A stretch of 64,000 nucleotides of DNA, from assembly GCA_964188305.1 (NCBI GenBank), contig OZ076890.1. The stretch is one strand, 5' to 3'. Made by a program: the position numbers and the translations under genes. A model generated the notes under the pieces. That model was not told the DNA's origin. It ran no database searches and saw nothing but the letters and a program-made list of their open reading frames with translations. This DNA is from Podarcis bocagei (taxonomy: Eukaryota). This document shows, in pieces, positions 11,298 to 22,610 of this stretch (positions are counted from its first letter, which is position 1; each line of letters starts with the position of its first letter).

Positions 11298-12288
11298 CAT
11301 AGTAGGCATGTGCTTCTGCAGCCAATCTCTCTTTCCTATGAGAAGGGAGACAAATGATGCAAAAGCACTACTGACTCCAGCAGCCAAGGGAACATCAGGG
11401 AGCAATGCTGGCACCAGGCATACTTCCAAGCCTCAGACCTGCTCCTTCAGAGGGAGTACAACCTCATCCAGAACAGGCTGTGCTCCCAATCCTAGATGGT
11501 CCATTGACCATCAGAGTCTCTGATTGTCTGACTCAGGTCTCAACTTGTTGGCCCAAGTGGTGTGGTGGTTAAAGAATTGAAGTTCTATTGAGAAGACTTA
11601 GGCTCAAGTCTTTGCTCATCAGGTTAACCTTCTTCACAGACCAGTTGTAAAGATAAAATTGCAGGGAGCCGAGCACCTTGGAAGAAGAGTGGACAAAAAT
11701 GTTATGAAAGAAAATACTATGGGCCACATGATATATATTTTTAGATTTATACCTAACGGTGCATTCCTATCTCACCTGTAAGGACTAGGAGCATAGTAGA
11801 AACTGTACATAGGGTCAGGTTGTTCAATTTTATCTGTGTACACTTAAGAAATGTAAAGTGGAAGTGAAGTGAGGTCAGCCCATGACACGAGAACCCTGGT
11901 CCATCTCAAGCGGTCAGGGCATGGTGTAAGCTATAATGTACACTGTGACATAGTCCCCTTTGCTGACCCCTCCCTGCCCCATTGCTCTGCCCCTCTTTTC
12001 CACTGACATGAACAGAGGCTCCTGCCACCTAGCAAGAGATTTCATTCTCACTGGGATATGGATGTTCAACAGATATATGATGCAGCAGTCTCTACCAGCT
12101 GCTTGTCACAGAGCAAATAAACATTGGAAAACCTATGCATTATAAAGGTGGAATTACCTGAGACTGGTTGTGGTTCCCTGTTTTGAGTGAGCAAGCCTAG
12201 GTTTCTACTGTGTAAAATGCTTCCAAGAAAGGATATGCTGGAGTTACTATCAGTAATGTCATGGTTACATTTGCTTTACCATACATAT

Positions 12289-12627
12289 GGGACGCGGGTG
12301 GTGCTGTGGTCTAAACCACAGAGCCTAGGGCTTGCCAATCAGAAGGTTGGCGGTTCGAATCCCTGCAATGGGGTGATCTCCTGTTGCTCAGTCCCTGCTC
12401 CTGCCAACCCAAGCATGAAAAAGTGCAAGTAGATAAATAGATACCGCTCCGGCAGGAAGGTAAACGGCGTTTCCATGCGCTGCTCTGGTTCACCAGAAGC
12501 AGCTGAGTCATGCTGGCCACATGACCCGGAAGCTCCCTCAGCCAGTAAAGCGAGATGAGCACCGCAACCCCAGAGTCGTCTGCAACTGGACCTAACGGTC
12601 AGGGGTCCCTTTACCCTTTACCTTTAC
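12289..12627 (+). mobile_element. Sauria SINE
   Basis: GGGACGCGGGTGG tRNA-like head, GGTTCGAATCC B box and (ACCTTT)n tail. Four related copies in the window. Confidence 0.9.
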
Positions 12628-15031
12628 ATGAAGCAGCAACCATCATGTTGCTTCAGACATCTTGTAAAAAATTATCTTTTCCCCCAGGCTTTCACTGACT
12701 CAAAATATTTGACCTTGTTTGATATGTTGAATTTATTTGTTTTTATATGCTTATATTACTCTTAAAAGCTTGGCTTTAGGTTGTATTTTTGTTTTGTGTG
12801 TGTGTGTTGTATTACACTACTTAGATACATTTAAAATATCAAGTGGTTTACTTGTAAACAAGTTACTAAATTTCCTATCATTTCTATTATGTCAATTCAT
12901 ATACTTTAATTAAACCTTACTGCCTAGGCAAAAATATGTAATGTGCATTGGGTTGTATAAAAGCAGCAACCAGAAGAATTGCCTGAAAATAGCCTGCCTT
13001 GGTAATGAAGTTTTCAATTCCAGGCTAGCAGCAAGGCACTGAGCAGAAACAGAGGCTAGTTATTACTTGGAACAGTGGGAAATAGATAGGCTGACAGATG
13101 AAGATGGCAAGAAATTGGCCACAGTGTCCTTGAACATATCCAATTTATTGCTGGAGATTTAATCCAGTGGAACATGATTCAGAACATAGGTTTTCCATGA
13201 GAGTTTGGCTTCATTTGTTATTATTATTTAATTTATATCCTGTCCTTCCTTCCAAAGGAGCCTGTGCGGCAAGCATTCAAATGATAAAACAATTAAAATA
13301 TCTACAAGCTATTTGAGATGCAGACTTGGAATGCTTACTTTCAATATTGCACTTCAAAATGGAAAGTGTAGAAAAAGGAAATGTGGTTTGTCTGGGTTTT
13401 TGCTTGCTTGTTTTAACTTGTAACTGAGCTTTCGATGTGCCCTGGGCTAGTACTTCAGTGATTGCGTTTGATTTCTTTTGCAATGGGTTGCTAGATCTGC
13501 ACTTGTACTCAGCAGAATTCTCCTTGCACAAAAGAGAAGGAAGGAAGGTGATTTTTACTGATTTCCCCCCTCCTGTCTGGCTTCAGCACTCTGTGCCCCC
13601 TACAGATCTGCCAGGGAGAACTGGGGGAACCTTCAAAGCAGCCCAGTGGCAAGGGGCAATCAGCAAAAATCACCTCCCTTCCATCCACCCAGCAGGGAGT
13701 GTCTGTTGGATCTTGGTGCCTTCTGTCAACAGAAGATTATCTTCCATTCCTCTAAGTTAATCAAGTCTGATCTGGGCTAAGGAAAGCAAATAGGTTTAAA
13801 TCAATGATTTTAGTGCAATTAATTTACCTTGGCCAGATCTTTCACTGGATATTTATCAGTTTGTTGTACTAGTTTGGAATCAACAGAACATCAGAGCTGG
13901 GATTTCTGACATTAACCAAACAGAAAATATGCAATATACACATAAACAAGTTCAGAAAATATGCACATACACATGATGCAAGTTCTGCGTAACGTCCACC
14001 TATGGGTGAACCCGAGTATTGCCTAGTTACAAAAAATAACCCTGTGCACAAAGTCCACACAGTAACAAAAGTCAAAAGGCATATATGTCCTGATTTAGGA
14101 TTCAAGAAATTTGCTTAATTAATTGCATTAACAAGTAAACACTAAAGTGTATGGCTAGATAATCTTTCGGGAACCACTTACAGCCACAAAGCGATACTAC
14201 CAAAGAGTGGTGGTGATAGTGAGAAAAACTGTCACAAATTGTTCTTTGTCTTCTGTCTTCCATCCAGGCCAGTGGCCAAACCTTCCAGCTAGGAAGATTT
14301 GAAGAGGCCGGGAACTTCCACTTGACTGCATATGGAGAGCTAAAATGATATGTGCATGCATGCAGAGAACCTAATGCAATTGCACAGATGTTGGCATATC
14401 TCAGATGTCAGCTTTAGTAAAAAAAAATGAAATTTTCTGTCTGTTAAACAATTACGTTTAGCCCAACTTAGAATGAAGCAAAATGAGAATAGGTGGAGGC
14501 TGCCAGCCTTTCAGACCACACACCAGACTCCCAAAGGCCATGGCTGACGGTTCAAGGGCTTAGCTTCTAGTACAGTATGTCTGCCCTTCTTGATCTCAAT
14601 CATGCAAACGTGTACCTCAGAAAAACACCAAAACAATAGCCCCAAATCAAGCAGGGTTGCATCCAATTTTGATTGCTTGGTATATCTGCCATTCAATAGA
14701 GCACTGTGTGAATATGGCCCTCCAGGTCTTGCTATCAGGCCCTCAGGCTCTCCCCAGGCCAAACCCCTCGCTGGCACTGCTATGTACCCTCCTCATGTGC
14801 TTTTGCCTGGCTGGAGTGAAGAACTGGCAAAATGTCTCCATTACCTAAAGCAACAACAACAAGAAGAATAATGTGCACAAAGGGACAGAGACAGGCAGGG
14901 CGTAGTGACATCCATTTTAATCTATCATGGCTGCTCTACCGCGTACATAAAACATAAAACAATTGCTGAGTGCAATGGATATGTAGGCCTAGCAGGGCCC
15001 AGATTAACACACACCTAGCCATATCTACAAA

Positions 15032-15381
15032 GGGACGCGGGTGGCACTGTGGGTTAAACCACAGAGCCTAGGACTTGCTGATCAGAAGGTCAGCGGTTCG
15101 AATCCCTGCGACGGGGTGAGCTCCCGTTGCTCGGTGCCTGCTCCTGCCAACCTAGCAGTTTGAAAGCAACACAGTGCAAGTAGATAAATAGGTATCGCTT
15201 CAGCAGGAAGGTAAACGGCGTTTCCATGCACTGCTCTGGTTTGCCAAAAGCGGCTTAGTCATGCTGGCCACATGACCCGGAAGCTGTACGCCAGCTCCCT
15301 CGGCCAATAAAGCGAGATGAGCGCCGCAACCCCAGTGTCGGTCACAACTGGACCTAATGGTCAGGGGTCCCTTTACCTTTA
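15032..15381 (+). mobile_element. Sauria SINE
   Basis: Same head, body and tail as the 12289 copy; imperfect TSD ag(c/t)catatc(t/c)aca. Confidence 0.9.
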
Positions 15382-15532
15382 GTCATATCCACAGCTCTCC
15401 ATGGACCCACTTGGATGAAAACAGGACTTAGAGGAGCATCTGAATTTGCTGTTTGGGGGCCTCCTCAGTGAGGCCCGCCCCAAATGTGAGGAACCCTACT
15501 CTGCTCCTGATGATTGACTGTTTTATCTGAGG

Positions 15533-15919
15533 CAGGGCTGTCTTAAGCATATCCAGTGCCATGGTACAAAGCTCCCTCCAGCGCCACCCCCCTTCTCCCA
15601 GGGTTTTTTAGGGAGGACGGCACTGCCGGTGGGGCTGGAGGAGGCGGGCAGTAGCTGGAGGGCGGCTCTTATGGCGGGGATGAGGCAGAGGTTGGACACG
15701 GCGCCTCCCGGCTCAGCTGGCTGCTTCGTGCCGCGGTGGCCATGGCAGACGGAGGCTCCAGGCGTGGCACTGCTTCGGTGTGGCATGGCGGAGGCGGGTG
15801 AGGGCAGCGAGCTGATGCCGGGAGGTGCCGTGTCCAGCGTCCACCTTTTCCCTGGTGCCCTCCAGAACTTGGCACCCCGGCGCCCCGCACCACTAGCCTC
15901 TATGGGTAAGATGCCCCTG
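15533..15919. mobile_element. GC-rich hAT-type MITE
   Basis: TIR CAGGGCTGTCTTA / TAAGATGCCCCTG; 8-bp TSD ATCTGAGG / ACCTGAGG (7 of 8 match). Confidence 0.75.
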
Positions 15920-16999
15920 ACCTGAGGACAGCTTTGCAGGGAGAAGACAAGGAGTCAGCAAAGGCAGAGAAGTTAGAGGAGAGTCTCTGAGGCAGAGCTT
16001 AGATTTGGGGCTGGACCACCTGGCAGGAGGACATGGCCCATTTGGAAAAGCTAAGGAGAACAAGGAAGGGATCTCTTTTTGATTGTGGGTGGCAGTGGCC
16101 TACCTCTTTGACTTGACCAGCCCCCTGATTCTAAGATGCTCTGTTCTCCCACAGAACCTGTCATGGAAAATTGGTAGGAGAGACAGCAGGCAAACAGCAG
16201 CTTCCACTTCCTGTTGGCCTATGCTAGGAGGGTCTCTGAGCTACCCATATGAACCTCAGTTTTATTTATTCATTTCTTTGGAATATTTACGTTGCACTTC
16301 ATAGCCCCAAGGGGCTCCCAAAGTGCCCTCTCCCTTCCATCTCTGCCTAGTAGGCTGCAGGGCCCACTGAAGTCCTCTGGGGCAAGGGACCGGGGCCAAA
16401 TAGATGGCACTCAGCCCATAATGGAGGCGTAGCCCACAAGCAGGACATGAGTGCAACAGCACTTTCTAGCTGTTGTTTCCGATCATCTTGTATTCAGAGG
16501 TAGACTGCTCCTAGGCACTGATGCTCTGCTATCACAACAGATCTCCTTAAGAACCTGGTTGCTGGATTAGGCCAGTGTCTCACCTAGTCTTGCAACCTAA
16601 CCAAAAGTATTTTGGCACCTTAAAATAATTCTCGGGGGATGTACTTTTGCATACTAGAGTTTGCTGTTAGGTGTGGCGCTTCACAGGAGAAACGCACAAA
16701 TGCCCTTTATCTGTATTTGTTCTGCGGTAGGTCCTACATCCATTTACCTGGAAGTCTCATTGAACTCAATGGGACCTACTTTTGAGTAGCCATGCACAGG
16801 ACTGCCCTGTGCATAAGCACTCCTTACCCAAAGCTCACTTAATTACCCAGAAAATGCAATATATTTTCTGCTAAAAACATTCCTTTTCAACCACGCTGTC
16901 CCTGAAGCGTGACTAGCTTTGTTGTTACGGCCGTTTTGACTGCTGAAGCCTGCATAGATTTTAATCATTCTGAAGTTTCATACGAGATTCCCTTCTACC

Positions 17000-17950
17000 A
17001 TTCACCGCGTACAGAAGATTGCTTCTTGCGCGGCTCACCATACGTGTAAGACTCACATGCAATTGGCCTGTTCGCCGTGGCGGGCGAGGCTTCCTTTGCA
17101 TCCTCCCTCGGCCGCCCCCTCGGGGGGGGGGCTGAGTCAGCGTCGTGCCCAGGAGGTGCTCTTCCTTCACCCCGGGCCCTCACGCCTCTCCCCACCTCCT
17201 TTCCCCCTTTCCCCCCGCCTCCTCTGTTGCCCGCCTGCTTAGGGAAGGCAGCGCAGCTTGCGCGCCGCGACGGCGCCACCTCCGAGGCGGCGCGCAAACA
17301 TGGAGGAAGAGGCTGCGGAGGCTGCTGCTGCTGCAGGAGCAGCAGGACCGGGCAGCGGAAGCTGAGGAGAATACACGGTCCTACTGCTGTTTGCAGCTGC
17401 GGAGGCAATAATATATCTATATCTATATATCAGAGCGGGGGGAGCAGCAAGCAAAGAAGGCGACGCAGCTGCAGCCCGGGCTGCGCATCTGCGTCGCCTG
17501 CTGAGGGGAGGCGCTTTCCCCGGCTCGCGCTGCTGCTGCACCAGCAGGGCCTGGTGGCGGGTCTGTGGGAGGAGCGGAGCTGTAGGCGGGCAATGCATGA
17601 GAGGAACGCGGCGGCGAGTCGCTGAGCGACTCAGGCCCCCCCAGGGGGGGGGGGGAGAGCCGCCTTTCCCTTTGGGGAGAAGAGGGCGGCGGTGGAGACG
17701 GCGCGCCCGGCCGGCCGGCCGCTTGCTTGCAGCAGTGGCCTCAGCTGGGCTGCAAAAGGGTGAGCACCGGCTTTTGCAAGGAAGGACGCATCTTCCATCA
17801 CAGGAGCCCCGGCCCTTGGCCCTCTTCCCCGGGAGGGAGCGAAGGACTCTGCCCCACCCCGAGAGGGGCTGGCTGTTTCGACGAGTAGCCCCGGGCCCTC
17901 CCCCCCCTCCGGAGTAAGTACCTGGCTTTTCAAGCCGCGTTTGTTAACAG
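17000..17950 (+). promoter_or_regulatory. CHST10: CpG island: CHST10 promoter and non-coding first exon (candidate donors after 17759, GTGAGC, and after 17913, GTAAGT)
   Basis: Very GC- and CpG-rich segment about 7.6 kb upstream of the first coding exon. Contains GC boxes, an AP-1-type site GCTGAGTCAGC at 17131-17141 and two good splice donors. Confidence 0.7.
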
Positions 17951-20900
17951 GGGGGCGGGTCTGTTTGTTTTCATCCAGGGTATGGGCAGCTGTCAGAGCG
18001 GTGGTCCATTCAGGAAGGGGACATTCCCAGGCTCCCAGTCCCCTCTGGAGACGCCACGGATTGAACCTTGCGAAGCATCCCTGAGCCACAGCCCCCTAGG
18101 TGTAGTGAGACCCTAGTCAGTGTTTTCACAAAATCCCCCACAAGGAAGGTACTTTTGATTAGGTGTCTTTAATCCGTATATACGGTCTAAAATTGTGAGG
18201 TAGAAGATGGAGCACTGGTGTATTTTCCTGTATGTGCAGAAGGATTCCTCCCCCCTCCAACTTGGTTGACTGGGCAAGAGAACAGAGGGTGGATTCCTTG
18301 GAGGTGAGGGGCGACAATTTCAGGAAAGAGATCTTGATGTCTTGGTGGAAGGTGCACTGCTTTTGCCTCCCCAGTTTGCTGCTGCAGTAGTATGTATAAA
18401 TAAATAAATAAATAAATAAATAAAGATTCAGGCAATTGTTAGGAAGGGATTTGGAAATAAAACTGTTAGCGTCGTATTGTCATTTTATCTAAATATGTTT
18501 AGCACAGCCACTGTGAGCAATTTTGTCAACCCGACTGAAAAGAGCAATGAGTAGCTGAATCCTATAGAAAGGTCACATGGTTTTTCAGTGGGGCATTCTG
18601 CCTCGTAAGTATGTTTAGGACTGTCACTTGAAATGGTCAGCGGGTTAGAGGAGGGTTATCTTTCTTAGTGAGGCAAAACAAACGTTAAGGCGTGAGTGGC
18701 GTGTGCAGGATATCTAGGTGGACATTTTCCTCTTCTACAGTTCTGGAACTTGGCGCCTCATCCAATGAAACTGACCGGCAGACAGTTTAAAGCGGTTGAA
18801 TGGAAGCATCTTGACATAATGCATGATAAGACACAGAAATTAATTGGATGCAGTGGTGAGCCATGTGCAGGTGCCAGACTGCTACCTTTCAGGATCAGGT
18901 AACCCCTAGCATCAGTTGTACAAGTGATATCTGAACTGGCCTAAAGGCCCTTCACCTGTTAAGAACTTTTGGCTAGGGAGTTTTTGAGCATGATTTCGTC
19001 TGATGAGATGGGGATTGTGGCCGTTAAGGATCTAGGTTCTTTCAGCTGTGTGCCCAAGCACTTGACATGAACTGGAGAAGGTAAAAGAACACACCTCTCA
19101 GTTGTTTTTCAGAAAGAAACCTAAAGGCCATTTGCTAATGCAGGCTTGGAGACGGTGCAAACCTATGCATGTTTACTCAGAAGTAAGTCCCATTTCCTGT
19201 TCAGTGGGGTTTACCCCCAGATAAATGTGCACAGGACCACAGCTTTGGAAAACGTAAGACAACGCTGCAGTAAAATTTAATTATTTTATGACATTTGTTT
19301 ACCCTTTGCTTGCATTTCACTTACAGATAGGTAGAATATGACCATCTTGAACAAACAAATAACATTTATGAGAGCTCAGAAATGTGATCTGCCTAGTTTT
19401 ATACAGGTTGTTATCTTTATAGGTTTGCTTTTTTAATGTATAAAATGAAGAGATAGCAGCTGCTCTTAACCTTAGTTTATTCTCAGCCTGGGTCTCGATG
19501 GTGAGCAATGAGTACCTGCCAGGGAAGGTGATAGAATAGGTTTGAAGCTGAAATTCACTATGTATAGGGAAGGAATTTTGGAGCAGAGAGGCCAATTAAA
19601 AAATGAAGTTTATGAGCTGGTTATCAGGGGTGCTAGGTCTGATGTTGATGAGAAGCAAACATCTGCCTGTGGTTTTTTGTTTGACTGCCCCCTGCTTAAA
19701 AGGCAATCTGGAGTCCAGATGTAGCGATTACCATCTAAAATATTCGACAAAGTCATAGAAAAAAGATAAATTGGTGTCTGCTATCTATCAACAACTTTCC
19801 ATGTTAAGGGACCTGTCAGTGCCAGGTGTTTGGGACAAATAAGAGCAGGAATGGGGAACCTATGAATATCCAGGTGTTGGGCTACGGCTTCTATCATCCC
19901 TGACAATTGGTCATGCCTGGTGGGGCTGATGGAGGGCTTGGGAATGGTTTTTACCCTTGTGTGCTGCTTGTAATGGATACATCTCCCAATGAAATCAGTG
20001 GCAATTACTTCCGGGTAAGTGAGGTTAAGATTGCTGCCAAAGTGTGCAATCCTATAATGCTATAGGAGTAAGACCCAGTGCCCTGTAAACAAAGCAACCT
20101 CCTTGAATATATTAGGAAGATGTCAAACCACAGAGAGGTGAGCACTGAGGATTCAGTGGAATAGAGTGAAATAAAAAATGCTATTTGCAATAACTAGGAT
20201 TTCTGAATGTTTTATTTACATGTTTGTGTATGTAGAAAGAACTTGCTGAGTTCACACTATGATCTCTTCACCATAGACCCACAACTTCAGTTCTCTACTT
20301 GGTCTAGAACACCAATTAATGGGAACACATTTAATGGAGATTCATACTCCATATCAATGTGTGCAAATTGCATTAAATTGGTATGCGTCTTATACCAATT
20401 GTAGAATTGAAAAAAATGGACATATGGTGCAGATTTTATGCTGGGGGTGGGAAGCCCTAAACACCTACTTTTGCAGAATGCAGTATTGCAGTTTTATAGC
20501 TACACTCTGTTTCCTTACTTACCGGTAACCTTGCCCATTTGTATGACTTGTTATTAGTTTTATGAGCATGATTATATTATAAAATGCAACTTGCAGTCTA
20601 CAAGTGTAGCGTTCATAGATGCCATACAACTTCATTACAATCTGACAATTGTTACAGTGTACAAATGGTGAAATCTCACATGTATATGACTTTTTAAATT
20701 CATGTTCTTGGCTGCTACTGCCATCTTCCGCCACTCCCCCCCCCCCCATTGTTAAGAATTCAACTTCATTTTTGCCTTAGCTTATTCTCTGCTACAGAAT
20801 CCCAAAACTAGGTTATCTGCTGCCGTTTTTGTGAGACGGCCTTTGTATCCTGTGTTTTGAGTGGGTTGGGGATTCCCATTTTCATATTTCACTTTGTAAT

Positions 20901-21477
20901 TAGAGATGCAGTGGACTAGGCAAGTGTCAGATTTCAACTTTTCATCTGAGGTCGATGCATCTAAATCCTTTAGGATCCCTTCATCATTTAATAAGTCAGG
21001 AGCAATCCACACTTATCTGTAGCAGCTGCTTTCTCAAAGTGTGATGCTGGGCTGCTTTGGGATTGTGAGTACTCGCAGAAAGAAAGAGTTCTTCCTTGCA
21101 CTAGCTTAGTTTGACGGGAAGGAACCATGAGCCATGCTTACTAAGGGTCAGACTGCTAAAAGGCCTTGTTGACATGTTAACACTGAGCTGGAGAGAACAG
21201 CCAAATGTGCAGAACCCTGGAATGAAAATCATGGCTTCTTCTTTCTTTCATCAGCCCTGCTGTTACTGTGCCATAAAGCTAAGCCATGGTTTGTTTCAGC
21301 ATTATGTGCAAACCCAGGATCATGGTTTGTCTCATGCAAACCATGAGCAAGACTTTCCCCTCTTGTACACTCACAGCTGTTATTTATTAATTAAATTTAT
21401 ATACTGCCCTTCATCCAAGGATCACAGTTTTTACAGTATAAAAACACAAAAATGCCGAACAATACCCCCCCAAACTA

Positions 21478-22354
21478 CCGTATTTTTCGCCCCATAAGAC
21501 GCACCGGCCCATAAGACGCACCTAGATTTTAGGGGGGGAAATAAAGGGGGAAAAAATTATTTCCCCCCCAGGTGCGCTGCGCTAATCCAGAAGCTTGGGG
21601 CAAGCTGAGGTCAGCGCGCCCCAAGCTTCTGCGTGCCGGCAAGCAGTCCGCTGCCGCCCTAAGCCTCCCGCACCCGGCAGGAGGTCCCGCTGGGTGCGCA
21701 AGGCTTGGGGCGGCAGCGGACTGCTTGCGCGCACCTAGAAGCTTGGGGCGTGCTGAGCTCAGCACGCCCCAAGCTTCTGCATGCCGGCAAGCAGTCCGCT
21801 GCCGCCCCAAGCCTCCCGCACCCGGCAGGAGGTCCCGCCGGGTGCGCGAGGCTTGGGGCGGCAGCGGACTGCTTGCGCGCACCTAGAAGCTTGGGGCGTG
21901 CTGAGCTCAGCACGCCCCAAGCTTCTGCATGCCAGCAAGCAGTCCGCTGCCGCCCCAAGCCTCGCGCACCCGGTGGGACCTCCTGCCGGGTGCGGGAGGC
22001 TTGGGGCGGCAGCGGACTGCTTGCGCGCACCGAGAAGCTTGGGGCCAGCTGAGCTCAGCCCGCCCCAAGCTTCTCGGTGCGCGCAAGCAGTCCGCTGCCG
22101 CCCCAAGCCTCCCGCACCCGGTGGGACCTCCTGCCGGGTGCGCGAGGCTTGCAGACACTTGCCCGAAGCAGGGGGAGCCCTCCAGAGGGCTCCCCGTGCT
22201 TCGGGCGACAGGCTGCCGCCCCAAGCCTCGCGCACCCGGTCGGACCTCCTGCCGGGCGCGCGAGGCTTGCAGGCATTCGCCCCATAAGACGCACCCCGAT
22301 TTCCCCTTCATTTTTGGAGGGGAAAAAGTGCGTCTTATGGGGCGAAAAATACGG
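21478..22354. mobile_element. Tc1/mariner(pogo)-type non-autonomous element with an internal palindromic tandem array
   Basis: TA|CCGTATTTTTCGCCCCATAAGACGCAC ... GTGCGTCTTATGGGGCGAAAAATACGG|TA: perfect 27-bp TIRs with TA TSD. Confidence 0.92.
21589..22272. repeat. 148-bp-period array of alternating short and long palindromes
   Basis: A 42-bp palindrome starts at 21589, 21737, 21885 and 22033, separated by imperfect palindromes of about 106 bp. Confidence 0.9.
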
Positions 22355-22447
22355 TATGTGGTTCCCATAAATTTGCCTATGAGGGAATTTGCCTCCCTCA
22401 TAGGCTGAAAAAGTTACCCAACTCGGAGTTAGACCCAGAGTTTCTTC

Positions 22448-22610
22448 AGTGTGGTATAATGATTAGAGTTTTGAACTAGGACTTGGGGGGCAGCAATTCA
22501 TGCCCCCACTCAGTTATGAAGCTCACTGGGTGACTTTGGGCCAGTCACTTTCCCTGTCTGGCCTACCTCGCAGAGTTGTTGTGAAGATAAAATGGAGAGG
22601 AGAACCTAGG
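22448..22610 (+). mobile_element. Old tRNA-derived (MIR/CORE-like) SINE fragment; similar fragments at about 9545-9640, 11558-11700 and 40810-41030 (minus)
   Basis: GTGTGGTATAATG..AGAG head, GAAGCTCACTGGGTGACTTTGGGCCAGTCA core and GTTGTTGTGAAGATAAAATGG. Confidence 0.6.

Noticed and set aside
16961-18089. ORFs up to 182 aa in the CHST10 CpG island
   Set aside because: Low-complexity translations expected from stop-poor GC-rich DNA, with no recognisable domain.
21529-22408. Many overlapping 79-168 aa ORFs on both strands; superficial CRISPR-like periodicity
   Set aside because: These are by-products of a GC-rich palindromic array inside a MITE (near-identical peptides on both strands). There are no unique spacers or cas genes, and the context is eukaryotic.
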